A stretch of DNA of 64,000 nucleotides from Klebsormidium nitens (Eukaryota > Plantae > Klebsormidiophyceae): the NCBI GenBank assembly GCA_000708835.1, contig DF236957.1, forward strand, positions 372,001 through 436,000, in the 5' to 3' direction. The translations under genes were made by a program, and so were the position numbers. Below, piece by piece: positions 11,361 to 24,026 of the stretch. Position 1 is the stretch's first letter. Each line of letters begins with the position of its first letter. The notes beneath the pieces are model-generated. The model worked only from the letters and a program-made list of their open reading frames with translations, made no database searches and was not told where the DNA came from.

Positions 11361-12541
11361 CTGCATACGTTTTGCTCGAGCAAATGGGTGATGGCCGCGC
11401 CCTCTCTGGATTATTCAATGCATCCAAAGGAGTCATGCAGCCCTGATGCATGGTTGTCTTTCCGGCAGAAGCTTAAGTGTGTTATTTCAAGGTTGTCAGA
11501 ACGCATGGAAGGAGAACATGGACTCCAGTTTTCATTTCTGGACCCCCACACCGGTTGGTACTCTGCACACGCAACTTAGATTGACTTGGTTACGTTCCGG
11601 GTCATCGGGTTGTTTCTTTGTCGACTGCCAGGTATAAACGCCTGCATTTGAGCGCTCGGTGGAAGTCGGGGAGGTCGGTCAACAGCACGCTTTGAGTTAC
11701 GGTACTATGGGTTATGCTAGGTTGTGCGCGTAGCCAGTCCAACTTAAATCTTCAAGCGCGCGCAAACTGACCAGTACCAAACGGTGTGGGGGTCTCGACT
11801 GCAAACTCCCTAGTCCGCGTTCTCCTTCCATCCGTTCTGTCAGGACACGTACAGATAATGTCCGGTGCCCTACCTATGTGCAATTTGAACATCGACTTAC
11901 CATGACGTACAGAGCCAAAATCGTGTCGTTCATGCAATTACTTCAACGGGCAGAATGTGCATCATGATCGGCCAGAATTGCAGTTCATTGGATACAATGA
12001 TATGTGTATAATGATCATGATATATGTTAGTATGGTCATATGGGCACGTTCCTAGATGAATCTTGTGCAGCGACCGTCACGCTACGAAAGATGGACATGA
12101 GCGGCTGAATTCAAAAGCACGGTCGATCTGCTTCAAAATGCATGCTAGGCTTTCTTCAACCGTCCGTAGTAAATTGGCCCACTGCATGAAGGCTGCTGCC
12201 TCGGGCAGGGCCCCAAAGTTTGCTAACCCCCATTTCAATAGGACCTATAGCAAACTTAAGTGCAGAGTACACGCGGATAGATATAAATTACCGATCAGAT
12301 TCATGTTCACAATTTCCTAAAAGTATGGTAGTCTATGGATCTGGGATGAACACAGTATTGCATGTACTTACTTGGACCTTTCACGAGCTACGAAAGGGAC
12401 GAGGACTATTCCGCTCCGCAGAGGGCTGTACCACTTCGGTTGCAGGCCTTACAATACTGAACACAACTTTCTGTGTCGCAACTACTTGCATTCCGCTCCT
12501 GCAAGAGCAGCCGGAATGCTCGCGGTACCCCCTTGGACGGC

Positions 12542-15500
12542 TCACAGATCGTCGTTATGCTTGTTCCGGTTCCAGATCGGCATCAGCTCGTCCTCGTCCT
12601 TATACCGCTTGGCCTCCCGACGGGCTCCGCAAGAAACGCACCAAACGACCAACTGCAGACAGATGCGATGCTTAGCTTCCCGCAGATCAAAGTGCGGCCT
12701 TTTCATTCCGATCCTTCGCTTCCCTAGAATGATTGCGAGCTTCAAATCAGCAACAGCTTGCAAACCAAACCGACATGACGGTCGCCTCGTCTTTTAGACT
12801 CGGTAAGATTGCGAGTTTTACAACCGGTTGTTCATCCCAGCCTGCTTTTCTTACTTACTTACCTTTCTTTCTTCAAGATAAGCGGGTACCCCGTCAAAAC
12901 TGGCTTATCTTGCAGGATTGAGCCCATGGTTGTTGGGTCACGGAAACCTGATCTGAAGATGCAGTTGCTTCCACCGACCGCGCTGAGGGAAACGTGTTCT
13001 TCGACACACTGAGAATGTGAAGGCGTTCCTTGAATGCATCATCTCCAATGGATAATTCAAAAAGTGTCTTCTAACAGGGTGTCAATGTACGCAGCCTTCC
13101 TTCTGGTGTGAGTTTCTTAGCACCACTCACCACTAGGGCAAGGATCGCCGAGTTCCCAATCGCGACGATCTTCCACTTGCCCTTCAACTCTTGAAGGAAG
13201 CCCGCCCTGTCGACAGAAAAGCGCCAGGAATCGTAAGTGCAAAGCCGAATCCAACAACAAAGCAAAGTGCAATTACAAGCTGACGTCTTAGGGGCTCACA
13301 ATAGATGACGTCGAGCATGGTCGCTTCGTATCGAGAGTCTAGTTGATTTCTTCGCTGACCATTCCGCAGTGTGCGACACTCCAGCCAGCAGCCTGCTTTT
13401 TTGATTCTCGACATGAACTTCCTCACCGGCACGAATTGCAGTCGAGGCACTCCTGTTCACTCCTGTTGACCCGCAGCCCACACACGCTCTGAGGATCTAG
13501 GGTTCTAAGTAACCCTGTAGATAACGAACTTACTGACTATCTTTGAAGTTGTCTTGAGGGGAAGGCTCACCGGCACGAGTTGCAGTCGAGGCACTCCTGT
13601 TGGATGTTGCTGCTGTATGTCAGGCAGTCCGTGTCGTTACCCAGGGGGGTGGTGGTGTCGTATGACGTGCTGGTGATGATCGGGAAGCCGCACCTGCGCA
13701 TGCATCCGCCGGTTGTTCAGAGAGAGCTTCAGAGTTACTTTTCCGGTTCAGCGCCTTTGGAAGAAGCTCTCCGACCGTCTGACCAAAATTCAGCGAAAGT
13801 AGCTTTCAAAGGAGGTCAGGAGGACCGACCCACTCTGACGTGATCGGCGAACGCTGCATTCTGATTGCGGCATTCCCGCCCGTATCACGTCACTTGTCGC
13901 ACGTGGCATAATTCCAGTTTTGCGGAGTGCAAACGGAAAAAAACCCGCGAAAGATTCTCGACCCCTCGTTTCCTTCGAACAAGTTGAGCGCAATTGCCGA
14001 TGAAACCGAGCAAGTTCCGAACATGTGTCGGGTCTCCAAAATCTACTGATTAAGGCCGTATATTTAGTCTGACGCCCTTTCCAAGCATGGAGAAAGAGGG
14101 TTTAGGGCTTACGAGGACGGAGGCCGGCAGCAACCCGACTCGATGGGGCTCAGGTTGCCCAGGTTTGCGAGGAAGATGTCCGTTGTCTGCAATTTGGATC
14201 AGACGACTTAGCTGCATATTGAGAACACTTTCTGGGGGGCGGAAGCTACTGGGGTGATTCGCGCCCGAGGATAAGCCCACACGGTTAGCCGACTCTTGTT
14301 GCAGGGTCGTCTGATCGGCTACAATGTTATCGAGATTGCTGAACCGAAGTAAAGGGTCACTATATTCTGTTGGCTGAGGAAATTGAGCGCGCTTGTGTTC
14401 GAATTCGATCGAGCAGGCAATCAATGGTGAAAGTTCGATGCCACACTTGACAAGGACCAAGGCCGTTCGGCAGGTAATGGAAATCAGATTCGCGGACATA
14501 CAAATTTGTGGCCTTTTCCCATCAGGCACTACGTCAAACGGCTTGATCCAAACTCAACATCACGGACTTTGAAAGGGACTGTAATCCAGTTTTTTGAAGG
14601 GGCCGGTTCAGGGCTGACCGGGGGCGCTGGGGAAGGTTCTGGCAGTAGCCTTTCCCCAGCAAGGCACGGCTTGAACGACTTGACCCAAAACTTCAAATGA
14701 CGGTCCTTGAGCAAGACCGTAACCAACAACGGCTTGACAACGTGGACCTCTAGGAAAACCGTAACCCGGTTCTTAACCGGTGGTTTAGGTGCTCACGGGA
14801 AAGCGCTGGGGAAGTCTTGGCGGCAGCCTTTCTCTCGCAGGCACAAGCTCAAAAGGCTTGATCAAAATTCAACAACATGGACCTTAAGAGACACCCCAGT
14901 CATTGAAGAGACACCCCAGTTCTTAACCGGGCCGGTTAAAAGCTTACCGGGAAGCGCTGGGGAAAGTCTTGGCAGTAGCCCTTCTCCTGCAGGCACGACT
15001 TGATGGACCGCCACGTGCTGGGCTTCTCCACTTGTTTCTGGAGCCACGCCGAGTAGTCCTGCAGCCGATACTCGAGCACGCTGCGAAACCGGGTTTGCAA
15101 GGAGGTTACGAAGGTTTCGGAAGGGGTATAGCAGGTCCAAAACCATGTTAGAGGGGGTACGAAGGGGTTTTAGAATGTTTCGACTGGGTCGTCAGATCTG
15201 ACATGCGTTAAGAAGACCTGCAGCCGGTACTCGAGCACGCTGCGAAACCGGGTTTGCAAGGAGGTCACGAGGGTTTGGGAGGGATCTAGCACATCCCGGA
15301 CCACATCAGGTGGATTGTAACGGTTTGGAAATTACGAAGCGGGTCGTTGAATTTTTGCGTGCGTTTATAAATACCTGCAGCCAGCACTCAAGCCCGCTGC
15401 AGCAAAGTTTCGGTTTGCAACGGGGTTTAGCCGAACACATTGGACGTGCAGCATCTAGCTAACAAGTTGCGAATCTCGTCAAGCGATCGAAGCCACGAAA

Positions 15501-18439
15501 ATACGTGCGCGATCGCTCGAAGCAGACACCGGCATTTCGTAAGCAACTTAGAAAGATTGTACGATGGCTACTAGCAACCGTGCGCAAAGGTGAGTCGCGG
15601 TCATCCTCACCCTTGCCCGGCTAGCTCCTTGCCCGCCCCGTCATTCGTGACAATGAAACTGCATGTGATACGAGCAGACATTAACCTTCCCACCCGAGCC
15701 CATCGTCAATAGCAACAGCAGGTTTGTGAAATATGACTGTGAGAAACCTTTCCTGGGGCCAATTGAGAAAGAAACAGCGGGACCACTTTACTGTGCGGAG
15801 CCAAAACTGCCGGGCGGAACTACCTGTCCCGGGCGGAACCACCTTCTTTGGACGGAACAACCGGTCTTCGAAGGGGCCCGCGAGTTTTTAAAGGGGGTCA
15901 GAACCAGCACTGTTTTGGCCAATCCTCTGGCCAGACGAGTCAGGTGACTTGCAAATGTGGACACATGCACGATCTGCGCTAAGAAGTCACGGCCATAACG
16001 AAAGAGAACTCTGTGCCTGACACGAGTCTGTTGCCTTCAACTCAAAAGACAAGCACCGTGCAAAGTGCGCCCCACTCGGACCCATCCTTTGTAGAATATA
16101 TACCCCAGACCACTTTTCCAACTTTTCTGTAAGAATGTTTTTTCTTATCGACGCGTGAGATCAGTCAAAACTTATCGACACGTGAGATCAGTCAAAACCT
16201 GGATAGAAATTCTGACTCCCTCCGGAAGGCATCAGTGTCGCATCAGAAGGCAAAGCTTTCAAGTGGCTACGCAAGAGAAGAACGCTACAAGTAGGAAAGC
16301 GAACGGAGGGTACTCACGAGAAGATGGTGAAGGCGAGAAGCGCCAGCCACAGGATCGCCATCAGGAGCCCGTACTGGAGCGTGCCACGTGTCAAGGAAAA
16401 AGCTCGAGCATTCTGCTTCAGGACTAACATCGCAATCTTCCAAATACCAACCCCAGTGCCGCAAGGGCATCAAATTTCCAACGTCGAATACCCGATGCTG
16501 CCACTTCAAGAGCTTGGCTACGAAAGACGTAGCCGAATACTTCTGCAGATGTTACGTGAAGACAACCCCCATCTCGCAAATACAGAGAGAACAACAGAGT
16601 TTTGACTGTGCAACGGTGGCGCCTTGAAGGCCAAATCGGAAGGATACGATCCAGAGGAAGCAGGCGGAGTGGGTCCATGCTCCGGCGATGCCCAGGAGCG
16701 ACCTGCAAACAGGAATGCCACGTGTCGTTCAATTTTTGATATGTCGCCTGCAGGCGGACCGCAGAACCACGAGATGGCTACGGGATGACCCAGAATCGCA
16801 GCGCTGCCGTTTGACGTCGCAAATCGAACGCTCGAGACCTTTCGTTTGCATTTGGTCAGGCACGGTTTGTCTGAACCCCAGTATCGGAACCGGTTCTGCC
16901 AAAGTTTGCGACACCCTGGCTGAACCCTGCAGACTGGAGTCCTTATGTTGCAAACGGACGGTAGCGATGCGAATTGGACTATGGTGAAGTTCTGCGGTCC
17001 GCCTGCCTGCATCCTATTACAGGCAGATTGAACAGCTAGACGCTGCACAAGCGGAATCCTTGCAGCATACTATCAGCGTCCAGAATCGTCCTTCCGTGCT
17101 TGTTGGCGAATCAAGAGATCCATGTCTTCACCGCAAGTATGACCCAAGATTGGCGACCATGAAAAAGCAGCGAGCTTCTGAAGTTCTTGACCTTCCCCAG
17201 TATCAGCGCTTCAGATCTAATCTTGGGCCAGAAATGCCTAAATCAAAAATCAAGTTTAAACCAGATGTCAACAATCTGTCGCCCCTCCTTTCTATCTTCA
17301 AGCACTCCCTTCCCTCCTTTTCCTGCGCTACCGCGTTCTTGCATGATGATACGTAGAATATGGTGCTCACAAACAGGACTTCAATGTCTGCCGCCATGAC
17401 TTTATTAAGTCCAGAAACAGCAGAAGCAGCATGATCCATCTTTGGGACATTGAAGCCCATAGGTCAAAAAAATGCCCACCTTCCTTGAGTCGAATGACAA
17501 GGACATTATATTGAAGCCTCAATCCGGATGTTCAGAAATGCCAAGGATTGACTTACAGGAATAGGAGGAGCACCCCAAGGATCAGCACTGGGTACATGAA
17601 GAAGCGGTAGCACTGGGGGGTGCTTGCGACGGCCAGGTAGATCCCAAAGCCGATAATGGGCAGCGACAGAAGCTGCAAATCCACCGTAATGTCGATAAGT
17701 CTCTATCTTGAGAAAAAGAAATTCTACAAAGATCATTGTACTGGGCTGAGACAATTTGACACACTGACCTGAACATTCGCGGTCTCCAACCCCGAACCCA
17801 CCCCTACCCCCGAGCTAACCCCAACTGTCCCTCGAGCTGATCTTATGATTCATAGAGCTTACGTTCGAGACATACTGAAGCATCTGAGAGCTTCCATTCT
17901 TGTGCAAGGTTTTGACCCGAGGGCTTAAATGTACCTAACAGTTGCAGCAGAACTTAGTGTCAGCCGGGTCAACAACGTTCTCTGAAATTCAGTTACTTTT
18001 CATTGCCTCAAGAAAGAAAGCGAAATGCCACATTCACTATCATTGAAAGCTAGTAAGGCTTACAAAAACAAACTTGGTGTTCTGATCCTGAAAGGAAGCC
18101 TTCTTCAGGTGGGACCTGCAGTTTGACTATCGTCCAGTGGGCAATCCTAGACCGTCATAATTCACCAGCAATGGATCAAGCTTCAAAATATCGCAGTGCG
18201 CCTGGTTTGGCAGTGGCGTTATTGTGTCCCAAATCTTTGATACCGACGCAAGGCCATGCTTATTCTAAAAAGGCTGGATCAACAATGCCATGCTGGCTGA
18301 TGAATTTGGAATGAAAGATTGGTTCACAGTCAAATGGTACCCAGGAAGACATGTGGGACGTTGGATAACTTTTGAATGAGTGGGCCCTTACCAGTGTCAG
18401 AATGTTGAGCCATTTGATGCTCCAGGTGGCGCACCCCAT
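12542..18439 (-). CDS. TET: Plant-type tetraspanin, 10 exons, 279 aa
   Basis: Exons (high to low) 18439-18392, 17672-17557, 16702-16648, 16373-16318, 15658-15611, 15080-14948, 14186-14113, 13693-13571, 13206-13131, 12652-12542; 840 nt, phases consistent. MGCATWSIKWLNILTLLLSLPIIGFGIYL, EYRLQDYSAWLQ, WRSIKSCL, SPIESGCCRPP (plant GCCK/RP motif), CLDCNSCRAGFL..WKIVAI; four TM segments. Confidence 0.93.
14540..15425 (-). repeat. Degenerate tandem copies of tetraspanin exon-6 acceptor and donor junctions in the flanking introns
   Basis: Acceptor plus 22-nt copies at 15218-15239 and 15375-15396 (true junction at 15080). Exon-end plus donor copies at about 14797-14845 and 14619-14670 (true donor at 14947). 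Confidence 0.85.
16374..16647 (-). other. U12-type (minor spliceosome) GT-AG intron, tetraspanin intron 3
   Basis: 5' splice site GTATCCTTCC; branch site TTCCTTGAC at 16398-16390 with branch A 17 nt from the 3' CAG; flanking exons join in frame. Confidence 0.88.
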
Positions 18440-20208
18440 TATGGAAACCCGCTCAGTGACCACCAGGTGACAATTGAATAACCGCTGCGGAACCACCACC
18501 AACTACTTATAGCTGGCAGCTATCCTCAATCAAATGTTCGACTAGTTGTGCTGGAGGGGTCTTCAGAGGTGCCGCCTGCACAGACGAACTTTCAATGGTC
18601 ACATTGATGCGAGAACCAAACCGCCTCCTTGGAAAACCGATATAGAAGTTCTTGGATCACAACTGCGACAAAAGTGATTGGACGCCCTTGCACATAATAG
18701 GATGATCAAAAATTCGTGCGCAGACAACTATGAATCCGTCAACCTGAGGAACTGTCAAGAGAAGTCTCAAACTAAAGTGGGCGGTGCTGAAAGATGCACG
18801 AGCCGTGTGAAGTTAAAATGCAATTTCGAAGATACAAAAAGCCAATTCCACCCCAAGCGATTAGCGCGAAGTGATCTGACTGGTACAATTTCTCTCTGTT
18901 GACCATTGATGTTGGTATATGACGTCACTGAGTGTGGTGCACTTGCAGCAACGAGGACAAGCTAAGGGTACTCCAAACATGCTTTTACTCCCCCAGTGAC
19001 ACTTCTGATTCTCAACCTGAGCAGCTAGATCAAGAATCGCATTGATGCACATTTAATTGCCAGGACCCCTAGGATTTGAAAGCCAGGACCCCTTGAGCCT
19101 TGAGTTCCAACTTCCACGTTGATCTCCATCACAAGGGGCAGCGTGAACGAAGCAATGTCGAGTGGATTGACAGACATCTTGGGGAATGTCAAGGTCCACG
19201 AACGCAGGGGGGATCAAAACGAAACCCTCACTGGCACAGATAATGTCAACATGAACCTTGTCTCAAGGCACTCCTCCACTGACGCAGGTAGCTGTTTCAA
19301 ACACAAGAAATTACGCCAGTAAATTTGACATGGTAGAGCAACACATCGCAGAAAGGTTTTTTTCTTCTTGCCAGTAGAGAACGGCGGGGCAGGAATGTAA
19401 TCAAGTGTGCTGATCTTGGTACAAACCTTGGAGCTTACCCAGAAGACACAACAGCTCAACTAACACTCATACACGAGAATCTGACAAGTGAGGTTCTCGG
19501 CAGCTCACATGGGGATGTCTGAAGCCTGAACGTCTGAAGAAAGAAACATCGACGTCAACCCCTAATGTTACTAGCCGAAAGAGAAGGCCCGTCCGAACTC
19601 TTTTCTAGTGCTGCCAGCTAGATTGAAGAAAGGAGGAGAGAGAAGTCGAAGGACAATGCTGAGGGCCTATCCTCTGATGTGATAGCGCAAGAGTTTGCGT
19701 CCTCCTGATGCAGAAAGGATCGTGAGAATTGCGACGAGGCGCAAGAAAGAAACAAACGAATGCTGCGAAAGGTGTGGCTCAGATCTTTGACACCAGCAGT
19801 ACCAGTGCTGACATTGTTGCTCGAACTTCGAAGAGATCCAGGGACAACGAAGGACAGTGTCATGAGCTGTAGAGGGATCACCAGACCAGAGCGGAATATT
19901 CGGACGGGCCAAACAAAACCGAGGGGCAGGCCGCGGCCGCGTTTGCGACGAGCGCGCAGCCCCGGCGCCGCGGCTCTCCTTGCCTGGCTGACGGGGTTTA
20001 GCAGACTATCGGAGATTGCCAATTGGGTAGAAGCAGGAACTCCAAGAAAATTCTACGTTGATGGCAATTTCTGTATCGCATCCAGACCGTTTAGACGTTC
20101 CCCATCGCCCTTGAAGAGCTTCTCCCTTGCTCGTCTTCTTCCTCTTTCCGAATCCTAGCCGGCAGTCCAGTCGCGCCAGGGCGGCTACTTCCCCCCCGTG
20201 CTGCCACC

Positions 20209-22848
20209 ATGCCTGCCGGACATGGGATGCGCGCCCGGACGAGGGACCTGTTCTCTCGGGGCTTCAGGCAAAAGGGTTTCATTCCCTTGACCGTGTACCT
20301 GCGTTCGTTCAAGGTCGGCGACTACGTTGATGTGAAGGTCAATTCGGCGGTGCACAACGGCATGCCCTTCAAGTACTACCATGATAAGTTGCCAATACTT
20401 GATCTCTTATGAAGTTTTTAGATAAGTCACATGATTGGGCCGCGGTGGGTTCCATTGGCAATGGTGCTTTTCTGATGGTCTGGGAAGTTAGGGTTGCTCT
20501 TCGTTCTGCGGTGAAATTTTGCCTGTGGTCATCTTAATCATAATGAGTGTGTTCTTGTATACAACTGACACGTTTTAGGGCGTCATCATCCTGCACCGGA
20601 AACGAGATTATGTGCAAGGAATGGAAAGCAGAAGCCCATGATTCCGGAATGTCATCTCTGCATACGCAGAGTTTGTGCTCTGATTTCTGAGCTTGACAAG
20701 TCCCATCTTCGGTCGTGCACGCAGGACAGGGAAGGTCTGGAATGTCACAAAGCGGTCGGTCGGAGTTGAGATCAACAAGCAGGTAAGAAGCTGCCCATGC
20801 TCATTGCGGTAACGGTTTCAGGGAGCCCATGTTGGGATTGTTGGCTTCGGAGCTCAGGAAGGGCTGCCAGCTTACTCCATATCGGTTCGCAGCGGTTGTG
20901 TGCAAGAGAGGAAAGGAAAGGTGGTAACGATGGCAGGCGAAGTTTACAAGCCAGTCAGAATGGTTTCCTGCCCCACAGCAACAACAGTCTTGACAAAGCT
21001 CCCGTGTATCTGAGCCACATGGAAGACTTTTGACAGCATGCGGCAGAGGTTGACAGGGACTATTAAGGCCTCGGGCTATCATAGTCTCAGCTTTCCTTGG
21101 GAAGAAGACACCCTCTGGCTCTGGGATCTGATTTGAAGGGTGGTTTGCTTGTTTTGCGGGAAAGCCAGTAGACTGTCCAGCAGGAGCGACAGCCTGGGAG
21201 TAGCCTCCGGGTAATTGCAGGGCATCCAGAATCTCTTCCAATGGTCCCGGCAGACTCTTTCTAAGTTCGTTCTTGTAGCGCCCTTGGAGATTGCTGAGAA
21301 TAAGAGCGCAATCGATGTAAAGGCAAAATAGAGATTATTATGACGCAATAGATGTCCGTCCTACCTGTAATGACAGCAGAGCATAAAGAAACGGAGATGT
21401 GTAACAGAAGGGGGTTGTACGCGTTGCTAAAAGCGGGGGATTCAAGCTGGACAGAACGCCCCTGCCAGGCCTTTATGGGACATTCCCTGCCCCCGCACGC
21501 ACTAACTTTGCGCCCTGTAGATGCCGTGCAAGAAAAGAAGCGAGCTTCTCTTCTCTGTAACCAGCGCAATTTCTCGGTCTGGGTTCTGGGGTGCCAAGGA
21601 CGTAGTCGTGGATTTTGTCCCAAGCCTTAGAATTTCACAGTGAGTTTGGACCTCACACAATGAGTCCAGATGTTGAGCAGGAACCTGCATTTTGTCAGGG
21701 AGATGGTCGTTAGTGTCAGGTTGACAGTTGCCTGATGAAACCAGTCCGCAGCAGCGGGTTTTAATGGAGGCGCGAGCAAGTGGTCACCTTTTTGCCCATC
21801 TCCACAGGTGGGAGGTCGCATCATCAAGAAGAGGATCCATGTGAGGATTGAGCATGTGAAGCCGTCTCGGTGTCACGAGGACTTCTTGGAGAGGAGGAAG
21901 AAGAACGACCAGCTCAAGGTGAGAGTGTGCTCCAATGTTTATGTCATGGCCAGTATGGGAAGCATCAGAAGTTGGTCAGTTGTCTGAGTGAGACTCTATT
22001 GAGAAGTTCTGGATGATTACTTCTCAGGCAGGCAGGAATCTGCGGGGTCTGCTTGTGAGGGTCCCATCCTTTCGCGGGACTTGCAGAGGACGGCAATTGG
22101 TCTGTGAGAATTGCCGGCAGTGTTGCGGTAGGCCTGTTTTACCATGCCGTTTATGGGAGGGGGGAGGGAGGGAGGCCAGGGTGGCTGTGCTCCTCCGGCC
22201 AGTAGGTAGCGAAGTTCCATGAAATCGGTGGTTGAGAGATTAGGGGACAAACAGATAGCATTCTGGAAGCAAGAAGTTGTAGTTTGCGCTATGGCAGGGG
22301 TGTTTAGACTTCTCTCGGGGTTGTTTTGTATGCACATAGGAGCCCCACAGACCCATTGCCAGCAGATGAGTTGCGCTGGCCAGAAGCTCGCAGTGAGACA
22401 GCGTACTGTCTCGCCTGCGTTGGTGAAGTGTGAAGCGGTAGAGAGCGGAGCTTGTGTGGTTATAACATTATCCATCTTTCACAAGTAGGCAGCAGAAGAC
22501 GAGCAAGAGATGAGGGATTAAGAGCATTCTGTAGTTGAGTTCCGCGTTTGTGGAAAGCTGCACATCTGCTCTTGTTTTCTGGTTGTGTTTGAAACCCCCC
22601 ATGCATGCAACGGGTCAGTCAGGATGTGGGGTTAGTTGAGTTTGAGGCTTGAACATGTCATTCTTTCTTCAGGTTGACAAATAGACTTCGATTCTTTGCA
22701 GGCTGAGGCAAAGAAGCGCGGGGAGAGCCTCCATGTGAGAAGACAACCCGCGGGACCTAAGCCCGGTTTCTTGGTGGAGAAGGCTGACATCGAGACCGTC
22801 ACTCCTATCCCCTACGACGTCGTCAACGATCTCAAGGGAGGATATTAA
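20209..22848 (+). CDS. RPL21: 60S ribosomal protein eL21, 164 aa
   Basis: Exons 20209-20383, 20721-20782, 21808-21918, 22702-22848 (495 nt). [58 protein letters not shown]. The first intron boundary is non-canonical in this model. Confidence 0.97.
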
Positions 22849-24026
22849 TGGGGCTAGAAGAGTACAGGAGTACAGACTTGCCAGTGTGTCCTTGAAGATT
22901 TACCCCCTTCTCATTGGTTCTTCTCTCACCTTGCGCTGTGGCTTACAAGAGGTATGGTTCTGCATGATGGAACCACCTTGTATCAATGCTCCTTATTGCA
23001 CTCGTTGAACATGACTTCATGCTTGCGATATCTCAGAAGAAAGAAAAAAGAAATCAAGTATCAATTGGGTTCTATCAGCCGCACAGTGTATAGTCCGAGG
23101 TATTGCTATCACATTATGGCAGTATGGCCGGATGTTCTTAGTCAGCTCCGTCGCACGCAATGCAGTATGTGGTGATGGTAAAAGTTCTTTAGTAGTCTCG
23201 CCCGGCGCTTGGCCACATCAGGCAGCATGGAGTGTGGCTTTCAGCGGATCCTGAATCTCTGTCGCACGCCATGCAGCCTTGCTGTAGTTGCAAATCATGT
23301 TCAGGACCAAATAAAGCAAACCTAACCAAAGAAGCAGGACATAACTCGAGCCCCCAGTCACTAAGTTCTTATATGATCAATCGGAGCCATTGGCAAAATG
23401 TGGCTCAGGTTTCACTGCAACGGCTCGGGGAAACCCAAATGATAAGATACCGATTGATGTTGCATTCCGATTGAAGAGCGAAGATATAGGGGCTCATTGA
23501 GTTGACGCCCACAGACCTATCTTCGAATCATGCACATGATTGAGTGCACCGTTAGATCATAGAGTGGTGAAGCTCCCCGTGTCATGGGCCCGACGGTAGA
23601 GCCCACCATTGTGGTCTGTCAGAACAACTAATGGGTTAAAAGTAAAGTTTGCCTACTGGTTCTTGGGTAACCGTTGATTGCATGATCCAAATCAATTGCA
23701 ACACGATAGACTTTATATGCATGATGACGTCACTAGGCCGCATGCAAGCTCCATGCGCCGGGCTTCTTGCTCATATTTGATTTGGGCTCAATGCAATCTA
23801 CCTAAGCATGTCACCACGTTGAGAATTTTGATGTTGGACACGCTATTGCATGATCGACTCAATGCTTTCAAAAGTGACCGGTTTGAAGAAAGAAACATCT
23901 AACTCGTCTTATAGGCTATTGCTTGGTATATACCATGCATGCTCGACCACTTCTGTTGTGATGCAAACCGCAGCTAGCCCTTCAATGAAGCCAATACAGC
24001 GGAAGTCTGGTTATCTCCGAACTTGA

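Noticed and set aside
17900-19000. Apparent CACTA/EnSpm transposase-like fragments on the + strand (e.g. RRTFNGHIDARTKPPPW)
   Set aside because: The frame is full of stops, motif spacing is wrong, and the region is explained by tetraspanin exon 1 (18439-18392) with its intron and 5' region on the minus strand.
7421-19610. CACTAGAAAA (7421) and TTTTCTAGTG (19601; also about 33338) as CACTA termini
   Set aside because: Only a 10-bp match, flanks AAT vs CTG give no 3-bp TSD, and the span includes an intact host gene. Such matches are expected by chance in 64 kb.
19994-20001. Telo-box-like GGGTTTAG upstream of RPL21
   Set aside because: Single 8-mer, not in the canonical AAACCCTA phase; not distinguishable from chance.
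20783-22701. Intronic snoRNAs in the long RPL21 introns
   Set aside because: No convincing C/D box pair with a terminal stem and rRNA-complementary guide could be identified by eye; needs snoscan/Infernal.
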